From a virus (taxonomy: Duplodnaviria; Caudoviricetes), in the IMG/VR virus record IMGVR_UViG_3300032272_000053, positions 1 to 29,683 of that record: a DNA stretch of 29,683 nucleotides; one strand, given 5' to 3'. The position numbers and the translations under genes are program-made. The notes under the pieces are model-generated. The model worked only from the letters and a program-made list of their open reading frames with translations. It had not been told where the DNA came from and ran no database searches. Shown one piece after another: positions 1 through 8,081 of the stretch (positions are counted from its first letter, which is position 1; every line of letters begins with the position of its first letter).

Positions 1-30
1 GCCTGCTATCGCTTTAGAATACTTACCCAT
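1..30 (-). CDS. 5' end of a gene running off the window (MGKYSKAIAG...)
   Basis: ATG at 30 overlaps the end of 23..559; frame stays open to the window edge. Confidence 0.4.
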   Translation of the reverse strand, partial: MGKYSKAIAG

Positions 31-559
31 TGAACACTGCTCCCAGTATGTGATACGTGCTGATAATAAAGCCTAGCGCTAGGAGTTCACTCCAAGGCCA
101 AGCATGTCGTAGTTGTAAGACTTCAGTCTTCGGCATGACAGTAGCAGCAAAGTGTGCTAGGACATTACCGATAATGAATGCTGGTACGTACATGGCCAGG
201 TTCTGGTTCCAGTACGAGAGCAGCACCATTGGGATGGATGCTAGTAATCCCCATCGTGCTGCGCCTATCATTCCCTTGGTTATGGTGCCGTTGTTACCCT
301 CGACCCATTGACCCTTGTATCCGTTATCCTGGCGCCACATCCACAGAGGACCGGCCAGCATCGACAGTCCTAGTACCACTAGGGATGTCAATGAATCTTC
401 ACCTTCGAACGTTATCTCCTGGAGCACCAGGCAAGGGCCTACAAGCGTCATAGCGAGGTACTTCACCCATTTCGGTCTATCCCCTTCTGGATATCCGCCT
501 CGTATCCTATCGGCCAACATAGCGGTCAGTGCTAGCAATGCTAGCCGTGCTTTATTCAT
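23..559 (-). CDS. multi-pass membrane hypothetical protein in the lysis region
   Basis: 178 aa with several hydrophobic segments; overlaps the upstream gene by 8 nt. Confidence 0.7.
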   Translation of the reverse strand: MNKARLALLALTAMLADRIRGGYPEGDRPKWVKYLAMTLVGPCLVLQEITFEGEDSLTSLVVLGLSMLAGPLWMWRQDNGYKGQWVEGNNGTITKGMIGAARWGLLASIPMVLLSYWNQNLAMYVPAFIIGNVLAHFAATVMPKTEVLQLRHAWPWSELLALGFIISTYHILGAVFNG

Positions 560-824
560 TCAGTAGGTCAGCCTGTGCTAGCACGTTCTTCGCATCGTTC
601 ACTCTGATTTCCATCAGAGCGTCATTGATTCTTGATTGCTTTGACATGTGCGCTCGAATGTGCTTGATGTCTGCTGACATCTCACGTATCGCTTCCTCGA
701 TGCCGTACAGTCTGGTCTCATGCTGTACGTGCGCTTTGGTTAGCTCCTCGGTTACGCGAGGTACATCATCGATGCGCAACGGGTCGTGGACGCGCAACGG
801 GTCGTGTAGTTTTCTACCGGCCAT
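552..824 (-). CDS. hypothetical coiled-coil protein (start revised to MAGRKLHD)
   Basis: ATG at 824 overlaps the end of 814..957; the ORF-track start at 869 would lie deep inside that ORF. Confidence 0.6.
   Translation of the reverse strand: MAGRKLHDPLRVHDPLRIDDVPRVTEELTKAHVQHETRLYGIEEAIREMSADIKHIRAHMSKQSRINDALMEIRVNDAKNVLAQADLLNE
774..806. repeat. in-frame tandem duplication, 18-bp period (GCGCAACGGGTCGTG x2, encoding HDPLR x2)
   Basis: identical 15-mers at 774-788 and 792-806. Confidence 0.85.
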
Positions 825-957
825 CGCGCTCAGCCTTTGCGATTGCGTCTTTGATTTCTTTAAGCTCAAACTGTCCGGTCTCGCTGAGTGTGTCTGACAG
901 GTTACGCCTAGCTTCCTGATGCTTGGCTAGTGCAGTAGTCATGCTGGTCTTCGGCAT
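814..957 (-). CDS. 47-aa hypothetical protein (MPKTSMTTALAKHQEARRNLSD...AERDGR), not in the ORF track
   Basis: manual translation from ATG 957 to TAG 814; fills the operon gap. Confidence 0.6.
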   Translation of the reverse strand: MPKTSMTTALAKHQEARRNLSDTLSETGQFELKEIKDAIAKAERDGR

Positions 958-973
958 GGGTTGCTTGGGTGGC

Positions 974-1171
974 TTAACGATTCTCACGCCTTATCTCTTC
1001 TCGTAACGATACGAATGCCTTCTCCAGCTCCACCATAGCCTTCGTGCTGTCCGTTACTAATTCTATTAGCTTGGCGTTTAATGCAACAAAGGCGCGCCAA
1101 ACTAGGATAAGGAAGGTAAACGATATCAGTATCGCTGGTCCATCTAGGGATTCTATTACCGCGCCTATCAT
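974..1171 (-). CDS. putative holin-like single-TM protein
   Basis: N-terminal TM segment plus charged helical tail; directly downstream of the endolysin. Confidence 0.5.
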   Translation of the reverse strand: MIGAVIESLDGPAILISFTFLILVWRAFVALNAKLIELVTDSTKAMVELEKAFVSLREEIRRENR

Positions 1172-1179
1172 ATCTAAAG

Positions 1180-1536
1180 CTACGCTCGCCAGTCATGCTC
1201 GGTGCACTCAAGGTGGTTGGCGTCGTTGTACCTACCACCCCACCGACCATTGATATCCTTAGTGATTGACTCCCACTTGGCACCAATCTTAGCCCATGCT
1301 GGGTGGTTGCCATCGCTTATGTACTCACCATCGATGAACAGGTTCAAGTCGTGTGCGAGCCTGACTTTATGTTGGCTGAACTTGCTACCATATGGGCCTG
1401 ACTCACCTACCACACCGAACGCACGAGGGTCACGGTATCCATCACCCTGACTGAACTCGTACCCTTGGTCGTATGCCCAGAGCACCAGCTGTGCTAGCCG
1501 CTGAGTAAAGATGCGTTGTCGCTTGCCTAAGTTCAT
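1180..1536 (-). CDS. endolysin, peptidase M15 family (L-Ala-D-Glu peptidase-like)
   Basis: Zn-peptidase motifs YR, SQHxxxLAHD, WGG and DANHLE. Confidence 0.9.
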   Translation of the reverse strand: MNLGKRQRIFTQRLAQLVLWAYDQGYEFSQGDGYRDPRAFGVVGESGPYGSKFSQHKVRLAHDLNLFIDGEYISDGNHPAWAKIGAKWESITKDINGRWGGRYNDANHLECTEHDWRA

Positions 1537-1745
1537 ATCCCTGGGTGTATCTCTTCTGGTGTTACTATGTTGATGTTGTACAGCTCCGCCAGCTGCTTGC
1601 GCGTGAGCGTCTGCTTTGAAGTCATGTAGAACTCATCGCCGTGTGCTGTCTCCACCTTGATACCAGGCATAATATCGTATACCCATAGTGGCCCGTCGCG
1701 CTCGTGCTGAGCCTCTGGGTAGTATCTTTGCTTTAGTGCAGTCAT
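1533..1745 (-). CDS. hypothetical protein
   Basis: 70 aa, coupled on both sides (TAATG and ATGA overlaps). Confidence 0.7.
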   Translation of the reverse strand: MTALKQRYYPEAQHERDGPLWVYDIMPGIKVETAHGDEFYMTSKQTLTRKQLAELYNINIVTPEEIHPGI

Positions 1746-2005
1746 TACTTCTTAAGATACCTGTTCTTGATGCCTAGCTCCTTCATCATGGCCGCCTTAC
1801 CAGCGCCACGTACGGAGCCAGTAGCAGCCTTCTTGGCTGCTGGCTTGGCTGCCTTCTTAGGAGCAGCTTTAGCTGCCTTTTTAGCACGTGCAAGGTCAGA
1901 TATAGCTGCCTTTTTCTTCAGTCGCACGGTCTTAGCTGCAGCAGCAGCCTTACGCTTCGCAGCTGCCGGTGCTCGTGCCTTCTCCATGTCTGTGTACTTG
2001 CCCAT
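1745..2005 (-). CDS. Lys/Ala-rich basic protein, histone H1-tail-like
   Basis: KKAAKAAPKKAAKPAAKKAA repeats; TAATG coupling on both sides. Confidence 0.7.
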   Translation of the reverse strand: MGKYTDMEKARAPAAAKRKAAAAAKTVRLKKKAAISDLARAKKAAKAAPKKAAKPAAKKAATGSVRGAGKAAMMKELGIKNRYLKK

Positions 2006-2130
2006 TACTTCTTATCCTCTGGTTTATCTTCTGGCTCATCTTCTGCAAGCTTGTCAGCTATCTCGAATAGAGCTGTTGGGTCGAGCACCACCGTTGCCAT
2101 CACCACTTCAAATAACAGGTCATCGTCCAT
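2005..2130 (-). CDS. 41-aa acidic protein (MDDDLLFEVVMATVVLDP...EDKPEDKK), not in the ORF track
   Basis: manual translation; TAATG overlaps at both 2130 and 2005. Confidence 0.7.
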   Translation of the reverse strand: MDDDLLFEVVMATVVLDPTALFEIADKLAEDEPEDKPEDKK

Positions 2131-2339
2131 TACTCTGTGTCCTCGCTGTAAAAGATATCCTCATACGCCTCAAGAGGGTCCTCTTCGGCTCTCCAGAGCC
2201 TCTGTTCGAGCCTCCGAGCCATCTTGTCCGTGGCGTGTGCATCCTGGTAGGCCTGGTTGTTGAGCGCTTCGATTCGAAGACGCTTGACTTCATACCTATT
2301 TCGTGCACTCATCTTATGAGTGTATACTAATTTCACCAT
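2130..2339 (-). CDS. hypothetical protein (start revised to MVKLVYTH)
   Basis: ATG 4 nt after the upstream stop at 2344; TAATG coupling downstream. Confidence 0.6.
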   Translation of the reverse strand: MVKLVYTHKMSARNRYEVKRLRIEALNNQAYQDAHATDKMARRLEQRLWRAEEDPLEAYEDIFYSEDTE

Positions 2340-2343
2340 GTGG

Positions 2344-2526
2344 TCAAGGGCTTTCTTCAGGCTCGCTGCCCTTAGAGCGTATGCGGAACTCATCAATGAG
2401 AGCATAGCCATACTGCCAACCTACCGTCAGTTCCACCTCCTCAACCTGCTCACCCCAATCATCGTTGAACTCATCTATCAGGTCTGTTAGCCGGTAAAGT
2501 AGAGTGTTCAGTGCTTTAGCTCTCAT
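2344..2526 (-). CDS. hypothetical protein (start revised to MRAKAL)
   Basis: ATG overlaps the end of 2516..2812. Confidence 0.6.
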   Translation of the reverse strand: MRAKALNTLLYRLTDLIDEFNDDWGEQVEEVELTVGWQYGYALIDEFRIRSKGSEPEESP

Positions 2527-2812
2527 CGTTCTGCTCCTCCGGCATATGGTCCAAGCAGTACCACACCCCATCCTTCATGCCCTCTGCTACCCCACCACAC
2601 CCAACGCAGCCTGCTATCATAGTATTGATTGACCCACAGTTAGGACAGCCTACTATCTCCACCATAGGAGCGAAGGGGCTCTGAGCCTTATACACGACAG
2701 GGGAGGACTTGTGACACTTCTCGCAATGCCACACGTCCTTAGCCCCTGTTGACACCACCTGCACGTGCTCCAGCCTGTCTCCCTTGGCCTTGCTCTTATG
2801 CTTCTTAGCCAT
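2516..2812 (-). CDS. double zinc-finger/zinc-ribbon protein
   Basis: CEKC, CPNC, CVGC and CLDH motifs; basic N-terminus. Confidence 0.7.
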   Translation of the reverse strand: MAKKHKSKAKGDRLEHVQVVSTGAKDVWHCEKCHKSSPVVYKAQSPFAPMVEIVGCPNCGSINTMIAGCVGCGGVAEGMKDGVWYCLDHMPEEQNDES

Positions 2813-3027
2813 TACTGCATGGTCTCCTTCTTGACGTTAAGTCCGATTGGCTCCTGCTCCTCAGCATACTCCTGGGCAGCTGCCATCATGCTATCGATAA
2901 TCATAAACTTCATGACCTCCAGGTTCGCCAGTATCACTAGCTCTGATACGCCATTGCGCTTGTGGCATAGCTTGCCTAGGTCATACGCAAACTTAGCACC
3001 CTCATCCAAATCATCTCGATTAATCAT
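2812..3027 (-). CDS. hypothetical protein (start revised to MINRDD)
   Basis: overlaps the upstream stop; TAATG coupling downstream. Confidence 0.6.
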   Translation of the reverse strand: MINRDDLDEGAKFAYDLGKLCHKRNGVSELVILANLEVMKFMIIDSMMAAAQEYAEEQEPIGLNVKKETMQ

Positions 3028-3292
3028 TAAGAATCCTCTCATATTCTTTTAAAAGAAAAGCCTCTATCTTATCCAGTCGCTCAGCATGAGCGTCCAACAT
3101 ATAATTTGTGTAGCTTACTACTGCAGTCTTACTCTCCCTAAGCTTGCTGGATTCACGCCAAGCATCACGGTCCTTCACTATCGCATCATAATCTTGCTTC
3201 AGCTTGCGCCTAGCGATAGTTGCTTCCTCGTACTCGCCCTTCCAGTACGCAGCCTCACGCTTAGCGTCACCGCCCCACATGTCTATACTCAT
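3020..3292 (-). CDS. coiled-coil hypothetical protein (start revised to MSIDMW)
   Basis: ATGA overlap with the DUF3310 gene. Confidence 0.65.
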   Translation of the reverse strand: MSIDMWGGDAKREAAYWKGEYEEATIARRKLKQDYDAIVKDRDAWRESSKLRESKTAVVSYTNYMLDAHAERLDKIEAFLLKEYERILND

Positions 3293-3591
3293 CGGTCCTC
3301 TCCCCAAGCTCTTCGCTCTTCTAGTTGCATCCTGCGCTCCGCTATAACCGCTGCCTCCTGCGCTGTATCTGAGTAGTGCCGTTCAACCAGGGCTATCTGC
3401 TCACGCATCTTCTCAAGGTAGTGTATCGCCTTATCGATGTCCTTTACGCCATCCTTAGCGTCAGCTCGTACCACATACTTGATAACATTACCAGCTAGGT
3501 AGCTGAGCCCGTTCTTCACAATGAAGTCCCAGGGCTCAACCGCATATCGCTTATAATGCTCTCCACCTACTTGCTTATCATTTGCACTCAT
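3289..3591 (-). CDS. DUF3310 domain protein (T7 gp1.7 nucleotide kinase-like family)
   Basis: QVGGEHYK...EPWDFI...GNVIKYVVR...KDGVKDIDKAIHYL signature. Confidence 0.88.
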   Translation of the reverse strand: MSANDKQVGGEHYKRYAVEPWDFIVKNGLSYLAGNVIKYVVRADAKDGVKDIDKAIHYLEKMREQIALVERHYSDTAQEAAVIAERRMQLEERRAWGEDR

Positions 3592-3783
3592 CTAATCACC
3601 CTTTCGTAGTTTGTTGCGTGCTTCTCGTTTATGCGATGCAATTCGGTCATATTCATCTTGAGTCATGCCACCAGCCATTCGGTAATCTTCAGCATTAACC
3701 AGCGCATCATCCGCCGCTACAAACGCCTCAAGTGCTGTGATTTTGTCTTGCTGTTCTTGCGCTAGCTTTTGTCTTAGATTCAT
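3592..3783 (-). CDS. small hypothetical protein, paralog family A
   Basis: KITALEAFVAADDA...ARNKLRKGD. Confidence 0.75.
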   Translation of the reverse strand: MNLRQKLAQEQQDKITALEAFVAADDALVNAEDYRMAGGMTQDEYDRIASHKREARNKLRKGD

Positions 3784-3954
3784 CTAATCATCCCCCCTTA
3801 GCTTGTTGCGGGCACTGTACATCTCCGCGTGCAATGCAACGTTGTTCGAGTTAACGGCTTTATCATAGGCCTCAACAAAAGCTTCAAGTGCTGCGATTTT
3901 CTTGTTAAGCCGTATCATTTTCATTTCATTGACTGTCCAATCTAAATGACTCAT
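3784..3954 (-). CDS. 56-aa hypothetical protein, paralog family A (not in the ORF track)
   Basis: manual translation MSHLDWTVNEMKMIRLNKKIAALEAFVEAYDKA...ARNKLRGDD; abuts both neighbours exactly. Confidence 0.8.
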   Translation of the reverse strand: MSHLDWTVNEMKMIRLNKKIAALEAFVEAYDKAVNSNNVALHAEMYSARNKLRGDD

Positions 3955-4224
3955 CTAATCACCTTCCAGAATATCAATTACAAGATAAGTTATCCCTGAT
4001 TCGCCATCGTAGTCACAGTTAGAGCAGGCATTTACTGCCCTATTTATCTTCGCCTCAAGTGCTCTGACCTTGGTGCGTAACGTTTCCACCTCGCCAGGCA
4101 ATTCAATCATCACATCGTGGTAGCACCGGTCACAATAGGGCTCACCCCAAATCATTAAGCTGTCGTCTAACTCACCAGCATGTCCGGTCGGCTGGTCGCA
4201 TTCATAACAATATTCAAGACTCAT
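3955..4224 (-). CDS. zinc-finger plus coiled-coil hypothetical protein
   Basis: CYEC...CDRC, KVRALEAKI, CSNC. Confidence 0.75.
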   Translation of the reverse strand: MSLEYCYECDQPTGHAGELDDSLMIWGEPYCDRCYHDVMIELPGEVETLRTKVRALEAKINRAVNACSNCDYDGESGITYLVIDILEGD

Positions 4225-4484
4225 CTAATCACTCCTCGCTTTAGCTTGTCGCGGGTTAACTCAGCGGCTAATCCGTCCCGCGCAGATAACAGTCTGTTCC
4301 ATTGCCAAAGTGTGGTCGAGTTGCCGCTCTCTGCATCGTTTAAGTAAGCATCGAACGCAGCTACAAAAGCCTCAAATGCTGCGATTTTGGCGTCCTTCTC
4401 CGCAAACTTTCTGTCATTTTCTTTTACTATTCGCGTCCACTCTTTTTGACCTATCACGCGCTCTAAGTCTGATGTATACCTCAT
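4221..4484 (-). CDS. hypothetical protein, paralog family A
   Basis: KIAAFEAFVAAFDA...TRDKLKRG. Confidence 0.75.
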   Translation of the reverse strand: MRYTSDLERVIGQKEWTRIVKENDRKFAEKDAKIAAFEAFVAAFDAYLNDAESGNSTTLWQWNRLLSARDGLAAELTRDKLKRGVIR

Positions 4485-4742
4485 CTAATCACCCTCGATG
4501 GCGGCGTGTAGCCGTCGCAACGCTTGTTGTAAATACGCCTCGGTGGTTGAATGGGGGTTGAACCACAACGCCTCATCCTCAGCTTGCTCGTTGATTAATG
4601 CCATCACTTTAGATAGTCGCGCCCGCGCTGCGGCTAGCTGGGTTTTTACGGGGCAATCAATGCACACCTCTAAAACTCGTGGCGGTACGTTTATATCGTT
4701 ACTGATGCCCCCGACCAGGACTGTGTCTTTCTTAACCATCAC
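4485..4742 (-). CDS. phage hypothetical protein
   Basis: 85 aa with a CxxC motif and C-terminal EQAEDEALWF...EAYLQQALRRLH; abuts the next gene. Confidence 0.7.
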   Translation of the reverse strand: MMVKKDTVLVGGISNDINVPPRVLEVCIDCPVKTQLAAARARLSKVMALINEQAEDEALWFNPHSTTEAYLQQALRRLHAAIEGD

Positions 4743-4746
4743 GGCG

Positions 4747-5109
4747 CTACTCCTTGTAAGCTATCGCGTAGTCGTTATCAATCGCGTGCTGGATATTCTC
4801 CTGCAGGGTCATCCAGGTTAAGTTCTCCACGCGATTATCGTGACGCACACCATTCTCATGGTTAACTGTCTCGTCAGTATGCTCCACAATGACGAATGCC
4901 TGGGCCACCAGCCGATGAACGAACACATCCTTACGTCCATACTCGTTACGTAACTGAGTCCTCATGTAGCCATCCCTGTCGGGCCTAGGCTTAATCATGC
5001 GTTGCTTGCGCTTCTGTCCGGCAGCATTCGTCCCAGCCTTGAGCATCACATTACCTAGGTTTGACACTCGGTAGTTAGGGTAATCGATTAGGTTTCTCCA
5101 AATTTCCAT
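4747..5109 (-). CDS. NUMOD4-HNH homing endonuclease
   Basis: NUMOD4 motif EIWRNLIDYPNYRVSNLGNV; HNH motif VHRLVAQAF...VNHENGVRHDNRVENL...EN..HA. Confidence 0.9.
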   Translation of the reverse strand: MEIWRNLIDYPNYRVSNLGNVMLKAGTNAAGQKRKQRMIKPRPDRDGYMRTQLRNEYGRKDVFVHRLVAQAFVIVEHTDETVNHENGVRHDNRVENLTWMTLQENIQHAIDNDYAIAYKE

Positions 5110-5110
5110 G

Positions 5111-5347
5111 CTATTTCTCCCGCTCATCTAGCATTGCATCTGCTATACCATAAGCAAATCGAGCCGTGTTCATTGCGTCCCCGTAATAATCACTGTCCGC
5201 AAGGATTGACAGCGCTTTAGCTGCAAATTCATCTCTCAACTTCTCGCGCTCATCTCGATAACCCTTCAGTAGTTTCGATGCCTCTGTCAGACTGCATCCC
5301 AAAGCATCACGAACCGCGTCAATATTGTGTGCGTTACAAGCAATCAC
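5111..5347 (-). CDS. phage hypothetical protein with an LRDEFAAKAL...AYGIADAML motif
   Basis: GTG start after an AAGGAG RBS; C-terminal motif common in small phage proteins. Confidence 0.7.
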   Translation of the reverse strand: MIACNAHNIDAVRDALGCSLTEASKLLKGYRDEREKLRDEFAAKALSILADSDYYGDAMNTARFAYGIADAMLDEREK

Positions 5348-5364
5348 AGGCTTTCTCCTTTGCG

Positions 5365-5769
5365 TTAATTAAACTTCATGTCTAGCTTAATCCTATTTTC
5401 GCCATCTGTCAAGAAATGATTTTCTATTTCCTGAATAACCACCTGGCACCTACCCTGCTTGGGTTCCACAGGGCCGCGTCCGACCAGCAGCATATCTATC
5501 TGCTCATCGTTCTCGAACACATTAGCTTCCTCTAATGCATCCAGTAGCGGCTTAATTCGATTGTCGATATCATGCTTGTGACGGGTCCCAGGGGTCAACC
5601 ATACGGTAACGAATAGTCTGCCCGTCATGGCCTCATGACCAGCGGCCTCAACCTTCGCCTTGACGTGCTCCCGATACTCATTACCAGCCTTCGACAGATA
5701 AAGTCTGCCTCTGCCCAGTTTCCAGTGTGTATTAGCCGAATTTGGGTAATCTAGTTCAAGTTTAATCAT
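5365..5769 (-). CDS. rusA: RusA-family Holliday junction resolvase
   Basis: YPNSANTHW N-terminus; catalytic motif DIDNRIKPLLDAL...FENDEQI. Confidence 0.92.
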   Translation of the reverse strand: MIKLELDYPNSANTHWKLGRGRLYLSKAGNEYREHVKAKVEAAGHEAMTGRLFVTVWLTPGTRHKHDIDNRIKPLLDALEEANVFENDEQIDMLLVGRGPVEPKQGRCQVVIQEIENHFLTDGENRIKLDMKFN

Positions 5770-5878
5770 TATCTTCCCTTATATAACTACGTATGATAAA
5801 TAATTATTACTAACGCTCATTCTCTCTCACCTAAAGGTGTGAGAGAAGAGCCTGGCAGCGTCAATAGGATGAGCATTA

Positions 5879-7957
5879 TCACGCCTTTGATAGTGATAGT
5901 GTTCGGGCCTTGCCTACACCCTTGTCCACCATCACGCCATCCTTAACGGCTTCGTCACGCGCCAAACCAAACCGCCTGTTCAAGGTGGACTCAGCGGGCA
6001 CATCACCATCAGCGTTGGCCTCGATGTGAGCATTGAACATCTTCGCTAGCTGGGTATGTGATGCCGCACCACCAGGCGCGATAGACTCTATCAGCATGAC
6101 CAGCACCTCCAGGTCGTACGCGCGTTGCTTGACCATCTTAACCACCTGGCTATCAGCTATCTCAAGCACAGCAGTCTGAAGGTCCTCCTTGCGTATCTCG
6201 CTACGGAAGTCAGCAGAGTACACCTCTCGCGGCACCTCGTAGTTCTCTAGCCTGTAATGCCCCACCTCACCCTCAACACCATTCTTCTGCTTCTCTATCT
6301 CAACCAGTCTGGGTGCGTCACCCTCGCCACCACCAAGCTTCACCATAGTATTCATGGCTCCTCTGATAGCGCTAGAGCCTCGCTCCTTGCCGTTCGGATT
6401 CTTAGAGGTGTGATGCACCAAGCCTACCGAGCAGTTCAATGAGCGCGCTAAGCGTTCCGCTGCATTGATAGCCTTGGTTACCTCAGCGCTTGAGTTCTCA
6501 TCGTCACCACCGAATGCTCGACTGAAGGTATCGATGTACAGCGTTTGAAATTCTCCACCAGATTTACGGTACTCTGTCAACCTGTCATACAGCGCCGACA
6601 CCTCATCCTCATCGCTGAGGTTCAATGACCCTTCGCCAACCAGGATGCGGTTGTTCGCTTCCTGCGGCGCGATGCCATGACGATGTAGTGCTGCGAGCAC
6701 ACGTAAGGACACATCACCTTCGAGGCATAGGTACACCGAGCCGCCTTGCGATAGATTCTCCCTACCCATGAACGGCTTGCCCAGCATCGAGGTCACCATA
6801 TCCTCAATAACAAAGAAGGTCTTGCCTGACGACGGAGCCCCATACACCATAAACGCAGCCTCTGCAAGCGGAAACAATTTATCAACGCGCCATTTAGGCG
6901 GCGCTTGGTTTGTCAGCATTTCAGGCGACATAAAGCGCATGCGCTCATGCTCAAGACTTCTTGCCTCCGGCACGTCCTCGGCCGAGCGCTGTGGCTTTTT
7001 TCTTGCGTTCTCCAGAAGCTTATCAATCTTGATGTGCGACAGGTCCGGCCGCCTAGCATGTCGAGCCTCAGCCGCCATGTACTCTATCGTGCTGAGCGTA
7101 ACGCGGATAGCCTTATCGTTCCTGAACGAGTCCCAGACAGAGCGTGTGTTGCGTGCATTATACTTGTGGCTTGGCTCAATCCAGTACGCGCCACGTGAGA
7201 AATTATCGAACAGCTCGAACGCGCCTACCCAGTTCGTTGAGTGCAGCGCTTGACCTACGCGCAACCAGTCCGAGCGGTCCATGTCTGGGTCGAGGTCATT
7301 CAGGTCGCCTTCTACAATACGAACGTCGCTCATCTTTGGTGTGTCAGGTACGCCAGTCGGTGGCATGTGTGCTGATAGAGCCTGCTGCCGTGCTGCATCA
7401 CGCCTATCCTTAATGGATGCTATCCACTTGTACGGCGCCTGCGCTATGTCGCTCTTATCAATGAACTTGTACACGCCACCAGAGTAATGCCGCGACGGCG
7501 GGCATACCACGTACGCGCCGATACCCTGGAAGTCTATGCCAGGGAACTCCTTCAATCGTTCAGTAGGCACGCTCTCTGGGGTCCTAAGCCACACGTGGAA
7601 GCCACCGCTACCTGTGCGTACCGTGCGAGTCTCCGATATAGGCCCATACTCCTTCTCGAACTTGGCCCAGGATATCTCGCCTGGCTTCTCCCTGTCGTTG
7701 TCAACATCGATAACGGTGCCGATTGCCTCAGCCGGTATGCCGATGTTGTAATCGGGATTCTGCGCCCACCACCTGTCAATCTGCTTGAGGTTGTCGGTCG
7801 CGTCCTTAAAGCCATTGCGTGTGGCTGGGTGCTTGCCAGGGTTATCGCACGCGCCAGCTTGAGGGCATGTGCATACACCATCAACGATGCCATGCACTGG
7901 GAATACAGGGATACCCTGGCGTGCGTACTCCTGCGCCGCTTCGTAAAGATTACTCAT
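5879..7957 (-). CDS. bifunctional primase-polymerase (Prim-Pol) + PriCT-2 + AAA_25 (RepA-like) helicase
   Basis: Prim-Pol motifs GKHP, GFKDAT, NIGI..DVD, TGSGGFH, YVVCPPS.H; PriCT-2 DWLRVGQALH...WDSF; Walker A GAPSSGKT; IDTFSR..DENS; VHHTSK..RGSSA. Confidence 0.92.
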   Translation of the reverse strand: MSNLYEAAQEYARQGIPVFPVHGIVDGVCTCPQAGACDNPGKHPATRNGFKDATDNLKQIDRWWAQNPDYNIGIPAEAIGTVIDVDNDREKPGEISWAKFEKEYGPISETRTVRTGSGGFHVWLRTPESVPTERLKEFPGIDFQGIGAYVVCPPSRHYSGGVYKFIDKSDIAQAPYKWIASIKDRRDAARQQALSAHMPPTGVPDTPKMSDVRIVEGDLNDLDPDMDRSDWLRVGQALHSTNWVGAFELFDNFSRGAYWIEPSHKYNARNTRSVWDSFRNDKAIRVTLSTIEYMAAEARHARRPDLSHIKIDKLLENARKKPQRSAEDVPEARSLEHERMRFMSPEMLTNQAPPKWRVDKLFPLAEAAFMVYGAPSSGKTFFVIEDMVTSMLGKPFMGRENLSQGGSVYLCLEGDVSLRVLAALHRHGIAPQEANNRILVGEGSLNLSDEDEVSALYDRLTEYRKSGGEFQTLYIDTFSRAFGGDDENSSAEVTKAINAAERLARSLNCSVGLVHHTSKNPNGKERGSSAIRGAMNTMVKLGGGEGDAPRLVEIEKQKNGVEGEVGHYRLENYEVPREVYSADFRSEIRKEDLQTAVLEIADSQVVKMVKQRAYDLEVLVMLIESIAPGGAASHTQLAKMFNAHIEANADGDVPAESTLNRRFGLARDEAVKDGVMVDKGVGKARTLSLSKA

Positions 7958-8006
7958 CTGTTTGATTTCCTTATATATTTATGCGGGAAAATGTGCCGCT
8001 ACCCCG

Positions 8007-8035
8007 AGTATAGCTTGATTATCACTTACCGTCAA
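8007..8035 (-). promoter_or_regulatory. sigma70-type leftward promoter TTGACG-N17-TATACT
   Basis: near-consensus -35 (8030-8035) and -10 (8007-8012), upstream of the primase. Confidence 0.8.
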
Positions 8036-8046
8036 TAATTATCAGA

Positions 8047-8067
8047 TACTTCCATTAAATGGAAGTA
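8047..8067. promoter_or_regulatory. perfect 21-bp palindrome TACTTCCATT-A-AATGGAAGTA, putative operator
   Basis: 10-bp arms lying between the divergent -35 boxes. Confidence 0.65.
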
Positions 8068-8081
8068 ATTGGAATTAGTGC

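Larger units (their letters stand above)
3587..4494. repeat. five copies of a gene-junction motif TCATCTAATCA (- strand TGATTAGATGA)
   Basis: copies start at 3588, 3780, 3951, 4221 and 4481; three extend to CTCATCTAATCACC. Confidence 0.9.

Noticed and set aside
3587-4494. Junction repeats as a CRISPR array or integron attC sites
   Set aside because: The repeats are only 11-14 bp, non-palindromic and separated by whole ORFs of 170-270 bp; no integrase is present.
4747-5109. HNH gene as part of a group I intron
   Set aside because: It is free-standing between intact ORFs with only a few nt on each side; no split host gene.
57-8038. + strand ORFs such as 1767..2330, 6768..7253 and 7487..8038
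   Set aside because: They are antisense to a continuous coupled - strand operon and show no protein motifs.
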